Source: Candidatus Cloacimonadales bacterium
Lineage (GTDB): Bacteria > Cloacimonadota > Cloacimonadia > Cloacimonadales > TCS61
Assembly: GCA_030656075.1 (NCBI GenBank)
Contig: JAUSOT010000047.1
Location: 10 to 64,009 of the forward strand
Reading direction: 5' to 3'
Length of the DNA stretch: 64,000 bases
Numbering within the stretch: position 1 is the stretch's first letter; each line of letters starts with the position of its first letter. This document shows, one piece after another, positions 35,491 to 44,141 of this stretch. The translations under genes were made by a program, and so were the position numbers. Under the pieces are notes generated by a model, which had not been told where the DNA came from, made no database searches, and was given only the letters and a program-made list of their open reading frames with translations.

Positions 35491-36711
35491 ATGAAATATT
35501 TACTTTGTATTTTACTAACGTTCTCCCTGCTTTATGCTTATGAATGGACTCCTATCTGTGAGGAGGATTACTCGATAAATGGTTTTGCCCAGAATTTTGA
35601 AGGTAATTATCCTTTTGTGTTGGCCTGTGACGAAGGACTTCTTCTAAAGAATGGCGAGGAATGGATTCTGGAAAGTTATGGAGGGCTTCCGGTTTGGGAT
35701 GTTTTGCTGATCGGAAATGGTGAATTTCTATTAATTCAAGGTAACGGAAGTTATTCTGACGGTGTTTACAAATTTAATGAATTCACTTTAGAATTTGAAG
35801 TAATGGAATGGATTTTTGAACCTAATTTTCTGGTTTATAATGAAGATCAGCAGGAATATTTTATCGGAGCTTATGACGGTTTATTTAAATCTACCGATGG
35901 GGAGTCTTGGGAAGTATTTAACTTTTATGTGGAAATGAACTGCGTCGATATGGTATTCTGGCAAAATCATTATGTCGTTTCAGTCTCAGGCGATCTCAGC
36001 GGTGTTTATTATTCCGATGATTATGGCATTACATGGAATGCATCAACAAATTCTCCCTTGATCACCGACATGTCATTCAGAAATGATTCCACATTGTTTG
36101 GCATTTTTCCAGGTCCTTCAAATTCTTCCGGATTATGGAGTTCCACCGATTTTGGTGCTACCTGGCAGGTTGAGTTCTGGAGTGATTTTCTATCTTGCGT
36201 AGAAATTGATATGGCAGACAATATTTTTGTAGGCTGGGAAGCAGATGATGGTGTGGCAAAATGGTTGGGAAATGATCTCATTTTCATGAATGTTGGTCTA
36301 CCCAATCTTTCGATAAATAAACTGTATGTAAACCCGGCATTGAGCAGTATCCACATCATGGCGCTTACAAATGGTGGAGCTTATATTTTAACAAATTACA
36401 CAGAAGCGGAACACGTTCTTCCAAAGCCTGAGATCAAACTTTCCAACCACCCCAATCCCTTCAATCCATCTACAGAGATCAGTTTTCAGATTTCAGACTT
36501 CAGTAATCAGGATTTAGAAATTCAAATCTTTAATTCCAAAGGTCAGAAGTTAAAAAATCTCCCAATCACTCAATCACAAAATCACCAAATTTCTATTGAA
36601 TGGAACGGCACAAATTCAATTGGTAAACCTTGTCCATCTGGAGTTTATCTTTACAAATTGGTTTCGGGAGAAAAAGAACTGGCAGCGAATAAAATGCTGC
36701 TGCTTAAATAA
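35491..36711 (+). CDS. secreted protein with a T9SS-type C-terminal sorting domain (paralogue 3; different N-terminal body)
   Basis: MKYLLCILLTFSLLYA signal peptide after GGAGGT. The body has WD/GxW-rich beta-propeller-like repeats. The sorting domain is near-identical to that of paralogue 2. The track ORF start at 35326 overlaps the previous gene and is rejected. Confidence 0.65.
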   Translation: MKYLLCILLTFSLLYAYEWTPICEEDYSINGFAQNFEGNYPFVLACDEGLLLKNGEEWILESYGGLPVWDVLLIGNGEFLLIQGNGSYSDGVYKFNEFTLEFEVMEWIFEPNFLVYNEDQQEYFIGAYDGLFKSTDGESWEVFNFYVEMNCVDMVFWQNHYVVSVSGDLSGVYYSDDYGITWNASTNSPLITDMSFRNDSTLFGIFPGPSNSSGLWSSTDFGATWQVEFWSDFLSCVEIDMADNIFVGWEADDGVAKWLGNDLIFMNVGLPNLSINKLYVNPALSSIHIMALTNGGAYILTNYTEAEHVLPKPEIKLSNHPNPFNPSTEISFQISDFSNQDLEIQIFNSKGQKLKNLPITQSQNHQISIEWNGTNSIGKPCPSGVYLYKLVSGEKELAANKMLLLK

Positions 36712-36828
36712 ATGCTGTAAACTCACACCAGTAAATGTTTTCCTGCTTCGAACTATACATTTCGATTGACAAATAACCCCTATTCAAATTTGAACAACGT
36801 AGAGAAAAATTAAATTAGAAAGGAATTT

Positions 36829-37650
36829 ATGAAGAAAATTGACCTGCATGTTCACACGAACTTTTCGGATGGGATATATTCGCCTGAAGAAGTTTTGGAA
36901 TTAGCCAAAGACCGAGAATACGATGTCATTGCCATCACAGATCATGATAATATCGACGGTTATTTACAAGTTAAAGATTATGCGGAATTTCTGGGAATCG
37001 AACTTATCCCGGGGGTGGAGATCAGCACTTTGCATCGAGAGCGCGATACTCATATTCTGGCTTATAATTTCGATCTGAAGAATGAAGCGCTGACCAAACA
37101 GCTGAAGAATATCTACAATAGCCGTTTCGGCAGAGCAAAAGCGATCATCGAGAAATTGAATGCCCGCGGTATCAATATCGACCTGGAACAAGTTCAATCC
37201 TACGCTGGAAAAAATAATTATCTGGGACGACCACACATTGCTCGTGCTCTCATCGAATCCGGTTATTGTGCCGATAAATATGAAGCTTTTGATCTGCATA
37301 TTGGTGACCGCTGTTATGCCTATGTTCCCAAATTCGCTCCTTCTTCGCAAGAAGCAATTGAAACGATCCACGCAGCCGGCGGCATTGCCGTGTTGGCTCA
37401 TCCCTACACGATGGGAGACGATGCCCTGATTTATGAACTGGTTACCCACGGCATCGACGGCATGGAAGTTTTTTATGCCAAATGCAATGATGAAACGATT
37501 TATCATTACAATGAAATCGCCAAAGAAAACGGACTTATTCGTACCGGTGGCAGCGATTTTCACGGCGATGGATTTGACCTGGAAATCTTTGGTAATTACA
37601 GCGCTCCCGAAAAAGTTCTGCTGGAAATGCAGCGTGGCAGACTTTCTTAA
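36829..37650 (+). CDS. PHP-domain phosphoesterase (TrpH/YciV-like)
   Basis: 273 aa with IDLHVHTNFSDG, AITDHDN, VLAHP and GGSDFHG motifs. Confidence 0.8.
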   Translation: MKKIDLHVHTNFSDGIYSPEEVLELAKDREYDVIAITDHDNIDGYLQVKDYAEFLGIELIPGVEISTLHRERDTHILAYNFDLKNEALTKQLKNIYNSRFGRAKAIIEKLNARGINIDLEQVQSYAGKNNYLGRPHIARALIESGYCADKYEAFDLHIGDRCYAYVPKFAPSSQEAIETIHAAGGIAVLAHPYTMGDDALIYELVTHGIDGMEVFYAKCNDETIYHYNEIAKENGLIRTGGSDFHGDGFDLEIFGNYSAPEKVLLEMQRGRLS

Positions 37651-37662
37651 AATTGAGGAATT

Positions 37663-38235
37663 ATGAATAATATCGACAATCTAATCGAGATCAATCAAAA
37701 AAAAGGACTTCCCCGCAAATACATTTTCAATCAATTCATTCGCTGGTTTACACTTATCTTTGGGATGTTGGCTGTGGTTTATTCCGGCTGGCTCATCTTT
37801 GCTAAAATTTCCACCGATTCTTCCACTTTTCAGAAATTCGTTCCATTTGCCATTCTTTTTCTGGCTTTGAATTCAGTTATGAAAAACCTCTTTTCCCTGA
37901 ATAAAATTGTCTTCCGACAGGAAAATATTTCTTTCCGCTACCTGGGGAGAAATTCTTTCACTGTTGCCTGGAATGATTTGCGTAAAATCGAGTTTGCGGA
38001 TGACAAACGCAAATTGATCCGCTTGAAATATCAATCTGAAGATTTGGAAAAAATGTTCGATTTTCCCATGAGCTTTCCCAATATGCTGGAGATAATCAAC
38101 AGCATCGCCGAGATGTGCCCCGACCTGGAATATGACGAATTTATCGGTAACGTGGTGGTCACGCCCAAAGAGAAAGCGCAATATTACAAACGTCGGGAAA
38201 GTGAGAAACAAGAGCAAGCTGCCCAAAATGATTAA
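37663..38235 (+). CDS. hypothetical membrane protein
   Basis: 190 aa with two TM segments followed by a soluble domain. No family recognised. Confidence 0.45.
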   Translation: MNNIDNLIEINQKKGLPRKYIFNQFIRWFTLIFGMLAVVYSGWLIFAKISTDSSTFQKFVPFAILFLALNSVMKNLFSLNKIVFRQENISFRYLGRNSFTVAWNDLRKIEFADDKRKLIRLKYQSEDLEKMFDFPMSFPNMLEIINSIAEMCPDLEYDEFIGNVVVTPKEKAQYYKRRESEKQEQAAQND

Positions 38236-38364
38236 TAAAAATCTATTACAACCCCCTGTATCCCCCTTGACAGGGGGAGAGAATGGATTCCGAATTTCTC
38301 CCTTGTTAAGGGGAGATGTCCGGCATTCGATGGACAGAGGGGTTAAAAAGAATGGTAATTTAAT

Positions 38365-39435
38365 TTGATGCAAATAAGGAATAATTGCTGTCATTTTCGG
38401 GGAGATATTCCCTGCCGTCCGCACAAAGAACATGGCGCTCACTGCGAAAACTGCGAGTATTTTATTCCCCTGGAAAAACGTATTCTGATCATCAAATTAG
38501 GAGCTGCCGGAGATGTGATCCGCACTACTCCAATTTTGCGGAAACTGCGTTCAGAATTTCCCAAAGCAGAAATAACCTGGCTCACCGAATCTCCCATTTT
38601 TGTTCCGAAAAAATTCGTACACAATGTTTTGGAATGGAATGAAAAAAATGTGTTCTGGCTGCAAAATCAGAAATTCGATCTTTTAGTAAATTTGGATAAA
38701 GACAAGCATGCTCTGGTTTTAGCGGAAAGCATCAAAGCTGGAGCGAAAAAGGGATACCTGCCCGATGAATTCGGCAAATGCCGTCCGGCCGATAGTGATG
38801 CAGAACACAAATGGCAAACCGGGCTCTGGGATGATCTCTGCCTGCAAAATCGCAAAAGCTATCCGCAGGAAATCTTCGAAATGTTCGGTTATGACTTTAA
38901 CGGAGAAAAATATATTCTCGATCTGCCAAAATCTGATCTGAAATTCGATCTTCCGGTTGGAAAAAAGATCATCGGCTTAAATACCGGCTGCGGAACTCGC
39001 TGGCTCACCCGGCTTTGGGGAGAAAAAAACTGGATCGAACTTTCTGATAAATTGCAAGAAAAAGGATTCATTCCGCTTTTGTTGGGCGGTCCTACCGAGC
39101 ATGAAATGAACTCCGAAATTGCAGCGAATTCCAAAGCAATCTATCTAGGATTCTTTGAACTGAAAGATTTTTTAAATTTGATGAATCAGTGCGACCTAGT
39201 CGTTACTTCCGTGACAATGGCCATGCACATTGCCATCGGTTTCGAGAAGAAAATTGTACTTTTCAACAATATCTTCAATAAACATGAATTCGAACTTTAT
39301 GGTTTGGGAACGATCCTGGAACCGGAAAATAAAGACTGCCTGGGCTGCTATAAAAACACCTGTGAAATTGAATGCATAAGCACGATCCAACCTGACAGAG
39401 TTTTACAGGAAATCGAAAATTTGCTGAAATTATGA
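38365..39435 (+). CDS. glycosyltransferase family 9 (heptosyltransferase-like) with a Cys/His-rich N-terminal extension
   Basis: ILIIKLGAAGDVIRTTPILRKLRSEFPKAEITWLTE is the typical GT9 N-terminus. It is preceded by CCHFRGDIPCRPHKEHGAHCENCEY. Confidence 0.7.
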   Translation: MMQIRNNCCHFRGDIPCRPHKEHGAHCENCEYFIPLEKRILIIKLGAAGDVIRTTPILRKLRSEFPKAEITWLTESPIFVPKKFVHNVLEWNEKNVFWLQNQKFDLLVNLDKDKHALVLAESIKAGAKKGYLPDEFGKCRPADSDAEHKWQTGLWDDLCLQNRKSYPQEIFEMFGYDFNGEKYILDLPKSDLKFDLPVGKKIIGLNTGCGTRWLTRLWGEKNWIELSDKLQEKGFIPLLLGGPTEHEMNSEIAANSKAIYLGFFELKDFLNLMNQCDLVVTSVTMAMHIAIGFEKKIVLFNNIFNKHEFELYGLGTILEPENKDCLGCYKNTCEIECISTIQPDRVLQEIENLLKL

Positions 39436-39541
39436 AAAAGCCATGATTGATTGGAAAACATAAAAGCATGATTAAATTGGAAAACCCCCTGTATTCTCCC
39501 TTGTCAGGGGTAGAATAAGAAAAAAGGATATTTTTTATTAT

Positions 39542-40729
39542 ATGAAAATAGCATTTCAACCCCCTCAATCCCCCTATTCAGGGGGAGGAGAAAGTCCCCT
39601 GGATAGGGGATTTAGGGGTCAAAAAAAAATTGCTTTTCTGGGACCGGCTTATCCGCTCCGGGGCGGCATTGCACAATTCATAACACTGCTGGCTCTGGAA
39701 CTGAAAAAAAAACACGAAGTTAAAATTTTTTCATTTTCAAAACAATATCCCACTATCCTTTTCCCCGGCAAAGATCAGATCGACCGCAGCGAAGCAAAAC
39801 CTGACATGGAGATCGAACCGGTCGTAACTCCCTACAATCCAATAACCTGGCTTGCAGCAGTAAAAAAAATAAATCAGTGGCAGCCCGACGTTCTCATCCT
39901 GAAATATTGGATTCCTTTTTTTGCTCCCTGTTTTGGCTGGATTATCAGAAAGCTGAAAGACAGGCAAAAAATTAAAGTTGTTTATGCTATTGATAATATT
40001 GTTTTCCACGAAAAATGGCCGCTGGCAGATAAGCTGTCAAAATACGCTCTGGGTAGAGCAGATGCACTCATCACGATGTCGGATGTTGTTTTTGAAGATA
40101 CCAGGAAGTTGCTGCCGAATGCCAATATTGTTAAAGGATTTCATCCAACTTACAATTGCTATAATTTAGGGAAATTCAGCAAAGAATCAGCCAGGAAAAA
40201 ACTGCAGGTTGAAGATAAAAAAGTGATTCTGTTTTTCGGCTACATCAAACCATACAAAGGTTTGGAATTACTGATCAATTCCTTTCCTGCCATCCTGGAA
40301 AAACTGCCCGATGCGCATCTGATGATCGTGGGTGAAGTTTATGGTGATGATCTGGTTTACTTCAAATTGATCGAAAGTTTGAATCTGCAGAAACAGGTAA
40401 CCTTCCTGAACAGATTTGCCACCAACGAAGAAGTCGAGCTTTATTACAAGGTGGCTGATGTGCTGGCTTTGCCTTATCTCAGCGCCACTCAAAGCGGCGT
40501 GGTGCAGATCGCCTACGATTTTGGTTTGGGTGCTGTTTGCACCCCCGTCGGTGGATTGCCGGAACTGGTGATCGATGGCAAAACCGGCACAGTAGCGAAA
40601 GATGTTTCGGAAGAAGCTTTTACTGATGCAATTGTAGAGTTTTTTGAACTTGATAAAGTAGAAATTGCCACAAATATTTTAGTAGAAAAATCTAAATATT
40701 CCTGGGAAAAGTTTGCAGAATTGCTGTAG
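39542..40729 (+). CDS. glycosyltransferase family 4 (GT-B), with a hairpin-repeat insertion after codon 5
   Basis: KKIAFLGPAYPLRGGIAQF and a C-terminal ...SATQSGVVQIAYDFGLGAVCTPVGGLPELV (E-x7-E region). The only in-frame ATG is at 39542, upstream of the repeat-derived QPPQSPYSGGGESPLDRGFRGQ. Confidence 0.75.
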   Translation: MKIAFQPPQSPYSGGGESPLDRGFRGQKKIAFLGPAYPLRGGIAQFITLLALELKKKHEVKIFSFSKQYPTILFPGKDQIDRSEAKPDMEIEPVVTPYNPITWLAAVKKINQWQPDVLILKYWIPFFAPCFGWIIRKLKDRQKIKVVYAIDNIVFHEKWPLADKLSKYALGRADALITMSDVVFEDTRKLLPNANIVKGFHPTYNCYNLGKFSKESARKKLQVEDKKVILFFGYIKPYKGLELLINSFPAILEKLPDAHLMIVGEVYGDDLVYFKLIESLNLQKQVTFLNRFATNEEVELYYKVADVLALPYLSATQSGVVQIAYDFGLGAVCTPVGGLPELVIDGKTGTVAKDVSEEAFTDAIVEFFELDKVEIATNILVEKSKYSWEKFAELL

Positions 40730-41014
40730 CGCAAGCTGACAGCTTGCTAAAATAAGTTATAATCCGGAATCATTTTCTCAACCTGGCAGGTTGATGTACG
40801 ACATCGATGTGTACTTTCCCCCATTTCATAAAAAAAATTCTGTGTAAGAAAATGAGGTAAAATAATCATAAAACATCGATAAACAAAATTTCTTTCAGCG
40901 GCTACTATTGTTTCTTTTTTCCAAGCGAAGCAAGAAGAGAAGGACGAGCTTTCGCCAAGCTTCGGCGACGCAGGCAGCAGGATGAGTTCTCGCAAACAAG
41001 CTATATGCAATATG

Positions 41015-41704
41015 TCACCTCACCACAAACTCAGCAAAATTTCCCTGCATTTTGCTGACAAGCAGATTCAATGAATCCTGGGAGAAATTGGAAAGATTTT
41101 CCAGACCTTTATCGAGAGTTTTGGAAGGTACGAATTTCTGCAGGAAATACCTTTTGGCTGATCCCAGCATCATTCCCATATTCAAAACATCATCAGGTGT
41201 GAGCAGGTGTTTCACGAGAGTGCTGCGAAATTCATAATCGATGCCGGAATTTTCAATCAGAGAAATGCTGCGCAGAATTGTGGATTCATCAACTTCTGAT
41301 CCTGTTAGAATCGAATATTTCTGCAGCGGAGCTTTAATATCCATCGCCATATAATCCACCAAATCTTCTTGGATAATTTGGCTCAACATTTCGGGATTGG
41401 TTCCATTTGTGTCCAGCTTCACAAGAAATCCCATTTCTTTGATCCGGCGAATGAAATCGGGTAGATCATGATGCAGAGTTGGTTCCCCTCCGGTGATGGA
41501 AACAGCATCCAATTGTCCTCTTCTGGTTTGCAGGAAAGCAAAGATTTTATTTTCAGGAATCAATTGAGTATATTTTTGAGGATCAACCAACTCGGGATTG
41601 TGACAATATGGACAGCGGAAATTGCAACCCTGTGTGAAAACAATAGCGCTTATCTTGCCTGGAAAATCGATTAAAGAGAATTTTTGGAAACCGCCGATCT
41701 GCAT
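41015..41704 (-). CDS. nrdG: anaerobic ribonucleoside-triphosphate reductase activating protein
   Basis: 229 aa with GCNFRCPYCHNPEL, a radical SAM cluster of the NrdG/PflA type. It lies immediately downstream of nrdD. Confidence 0.85.
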   Translation of the reverse strand: MQIGGFQKFSLIDFPGKISAIVFTQGCNFRCPYCHNPELVDPQKYTQLIPENKIFAFLQTRRGQLDAVSITGGEPTLHHDLPDFIRRIKEMGFLVKLDTNGTNPEMLSQIIQEDLVDYMAMDIKAPLQKYSILTGSEVDESTILRSISLIENSGIDYEFRSTLVKHLLTPDDVLNMGMMLGSAKRYFLQKFVPSKTLDKGLENLSNFSQDSLNLLVSKMQGNFAEFVVR

Positions 41705-41741
41705 TAACTCAACCTTTTTTCAAAACACAACTGAGCTGCAT

Positions 41742-43838
41742 CTATTCAGCCATCTTGAAGTTTTTTCTAATATCGAATTCTGCTCTTTTACCGTCATTCC
41801 ACTGCTGCACCGGACGTAAATATCCCACCACGCGGGAATATACTTCGCAGGCTTCGTTGCAGTGCGGACATTTGAAATGTTCGCCATCAATATAGCCGTG
41901 TTTTATGCAAATACTGAAAGTGGGTGAAAAAGTGAAATAAGGTAATTTATAATTATTACAAATCTTGTTTACGAGATTTTTCAAGCCGCTGATATCTTGG
42001 ATGCGTTCCCCTGCAAACAGGTGCAGAACCGTTCCGCCGGTGTATTTGGTCTGGATTTCATCCTGCAGATCGAGAGTTTCAAAAATATCATCTGTGAAAT
42101 TGACCGGAAGCTGGGTTGAATTTGTATAGAAAGGAGCACTTCCCGCGGCGTTTTCTTTTTCATTTGCCACAATGATTTCCGGATAGCGTTCTTTATCCAG
42201 CTTAGCCAGTCGATACGTGGTTCCTTCCGCCGGTGTTGCTTCCAGATTATAATTATTGCAGGTTGCTTCCTGGTATTCAATCAGTTTTTCCCGCATAAAA
42301 TCCATCACCTCAATGGTAAATGAATGACCTTCCTGAGTGCCGATGTTTTTACCCAAAAGATTCAAGCTCGCTTCATTCATCCCGATGATGCCAATTGTGG
42401 AAAAATGATTTTTCCAATATTGGCCAAACCTTTCCTGAATATCCCTGAGATAATATCTCGTGTAAGGATATAAATTATTGTCGGTCAGTTTTTCCAGGAT
42501 TTTTCTTTTGATCTCCAGGCTGTTTTTTGCCACGTTCATCATTTCTTCCAAACGCTGGTAAAATTCTTCTTTGTTCGAAGAATTATAGGCAATTCTAGGG
42601 AGATTGATAGTGACCACTCCGATCGAACCTGTCAGAGGATTTGCACCGAAAAGACCTCCACCGCGTGCTTCTAATTTTCGGGTATCCAACCGCAAACGGC
42701 AGCACATGGAACGGGCATCTTCCGGTTTCAGGTCGGAATTCACAAAATTAGAGAAATAGGGAATTCCATACTTGGCGGTGGCTTCCCATAAATACTCCAG
42801 AACGGGATTATCCCAGTCAAAATCTGTGGTTATATTGTAGGTCGGAATTGGAAAAGTGAAAACCCGGCCTTTGGCGTCGCCTTCGCTCATCACATCCAGA
42901 AAGGCTTTGTTGATGATATCCATTTCTGCCTGGAAATCGCTGTAGGTCACATCCTGCAGTTCGCCGCCGATGATGACCGGATGATCGGCATACATGGCAG
43001 GAATTACCAGATCCATCGTGATGTTGGTGAAAGGTGTTTGAAAGCCAACCCGGGTGGGAACATTTACATTGAAAACAAATTCTTGGAGTGCTTGTTTTAC
43101 TTCTTTATAACTAAGTTTGTCGTAGCGTATGAAAGGTGCCAATAGAGTATCGAAATTTGAAAAAGCCTGTGCACCGGCAGCCTCCCCCTGCAGAGTATAA
43201 AAGAAATTTACGATCTGCCCAAGGGCGCTGCGGAAATGTTTGGCAGGACTGCTTTCTATTTTGCCGACCGCTCCTTTAAAACCGATCAGGAGAAGATCTT
43301 TCAAATCCCAGCCAACGCAATAAACCGAGATTTGACCGAGATCGTGGATGTGATAATCTCCATTGATGTGCAATTCTTTGATCTCGGGAGGATAGATTTT
43401 ATTCAACCAGTATATTTTACTCACCTCGGAAGCAATATAATTATTCAAACCTTGCAGAGAATAAGCCATATTGCTGTTCTCTTTTACCTGCCAGTCCAGC
43501 TTTTCTAAATATTTATCGATCAGGGAAATCTCGGCATTGGAAATAATTTCTCGGATCTTGGCATGTTGATCACGATAAATGATGTAAGCTTTGGCTGATT
43601 TCTTATATGGCGATGAAAGAAGAATTTCTTCAACAATATCCTGAATTTCTTCTACCGAAGGAACTTCCGAGTCGATAGTTTGCTGAGCAAGATTGACGAC
43701 GTGCAGACAAAGTTTGCGAGCATTTATTTCATCAATTTCCCCCGTAACTTTTCCTGCTTTGTGAATGGCATAGGTAATTTTATCTGCTTCAAATTTTACT
43801 ATCTGGTTGTCTCTTTTTTTAATGAACTTGAACATTCC
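41742..43838 (-). CDS. nrdD: anaerobic (class III) ribonucleoside-triphosphate reductase
   Basis: ATP-cone N-terminus MFKFIKKRDNQIVKF. C-terminal Zn site CPHCNEAC and glycyl-radical motif SRVVGYLRPV. I set the start at the ATG after GGGAG (residue 11 of the track ORF). Confidence 0.9.
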   Translation of the reverse strand, partial: GMFKFIKKRDNQIVKFEADKITYAIHKAGKVTGEIDEINARKLCLHVVNLAQQTIDSEVPSVEEIQDIVEEILLSSPYKKSAKAYIIYRDQHAKIREIISNAEISLIDKYLEKLDWQVKENSNMAYSLQGLNNYIASEVSKIYWLNKIYPPEIKELHINGDYHIHDLGQISVYCVGWDLKDLLLIGFKGAVGKIESSPAKHFRSALGQIVNFFYTLQGEAAGAQAFSNFDTLLAPFIRYDKLSYKEVKQALQEFVFNVNVPTRVGFQTPFTNITMDLVIPAMYADHPVIIGGELQDVTYSDFQAEMDIINKAFLDVMSEGDAKGRVFTFPIPTYNITTDFDWDNPVLEYLWEATAKYGIPYFSNFVNSDLKPEDARSMCCRLRLDTRKLEARGGGLFGANPLTGSIGVVTINLPRIAYNSSNKEEFYQRLEEMMNVAKNSLEIKRKILEKLTDNNLYPYTRYYLRDIQERFGQYWKNHFSTIGIIGMNEASLNLLGKNIGTQEGHSFTIEVMDFMREKLIEYQEATCNNYNLEATPAEGTTYRLAKLDKERYPEIIVANEKENAAGSAPFYTNSTQLPVNFTDDIFETLDLQDEIQTKYTGGTVLHLFAGERIQDISGLKNLVNKICNNYKLPYFTFSPTFSICIKHGYIDGEHFKCPHCNEACEVYSRVVGYLRPVQQWNDGKRAEFDIRKNFKMAE

Positions 43839-43940
43839 CAAACTCCCCGGTTCGATTTTCATCAGCAACTTCCTGATTTACAATGAATTACATCACTATA
43901 CCCAAAATCTGCATTTTTGGATTCTGCTTCTTAGTCACAT

Positions 43941-43969
43941 TTAATATAAGGACTTACTGATGGTGTCAA
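43941..43969 (-). promoter_or_regulatory. putative sigma-70-type promoter of nrdDG
   Basis: The minus strand reads TTGACA (43964-43969), a 17-nt spacer, then TATTAA (43941-43946), about 100 nt upstream of the start codon. Confidence 0.5.
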
Positions 43970-44141
43970 GTTGTTAATTTTTCAACTGGACTTTTTAAGA
44001 ATGGAAAATGGCTTCCGTTATTTAGTTACGAGCTTGAAAAAAAATATTTTCAGCTAACTAAAAACTGTATTCCACCCACTTGTTTGCTATTCAAAAAGCT
44101 GGAAATTGATTATTAAAATAATTTTTCGTAAAAAATATCAA

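Noticed and set aside
38261-38278. TTGACA in the loops of TCCCCC..GGGGGA hairpins acting as -35 promoter boxes
   Set aside because: No acceptable -10 hexamer lies 16-19 nt downstream at 38267, 48503 or 24940. Several copies also face away from any gene.
43869-44141. NrdR boxes or a cobalamin riboswitch upstream of nrdD (and upstream of nrdJ at 46395-46700)
   Set aside because: I found only partial matches to the ACACwAtATaTwGTGT consensus. I saw no GC-rich B12-box-like core. The spacers are AT-rich with only short hairpins.
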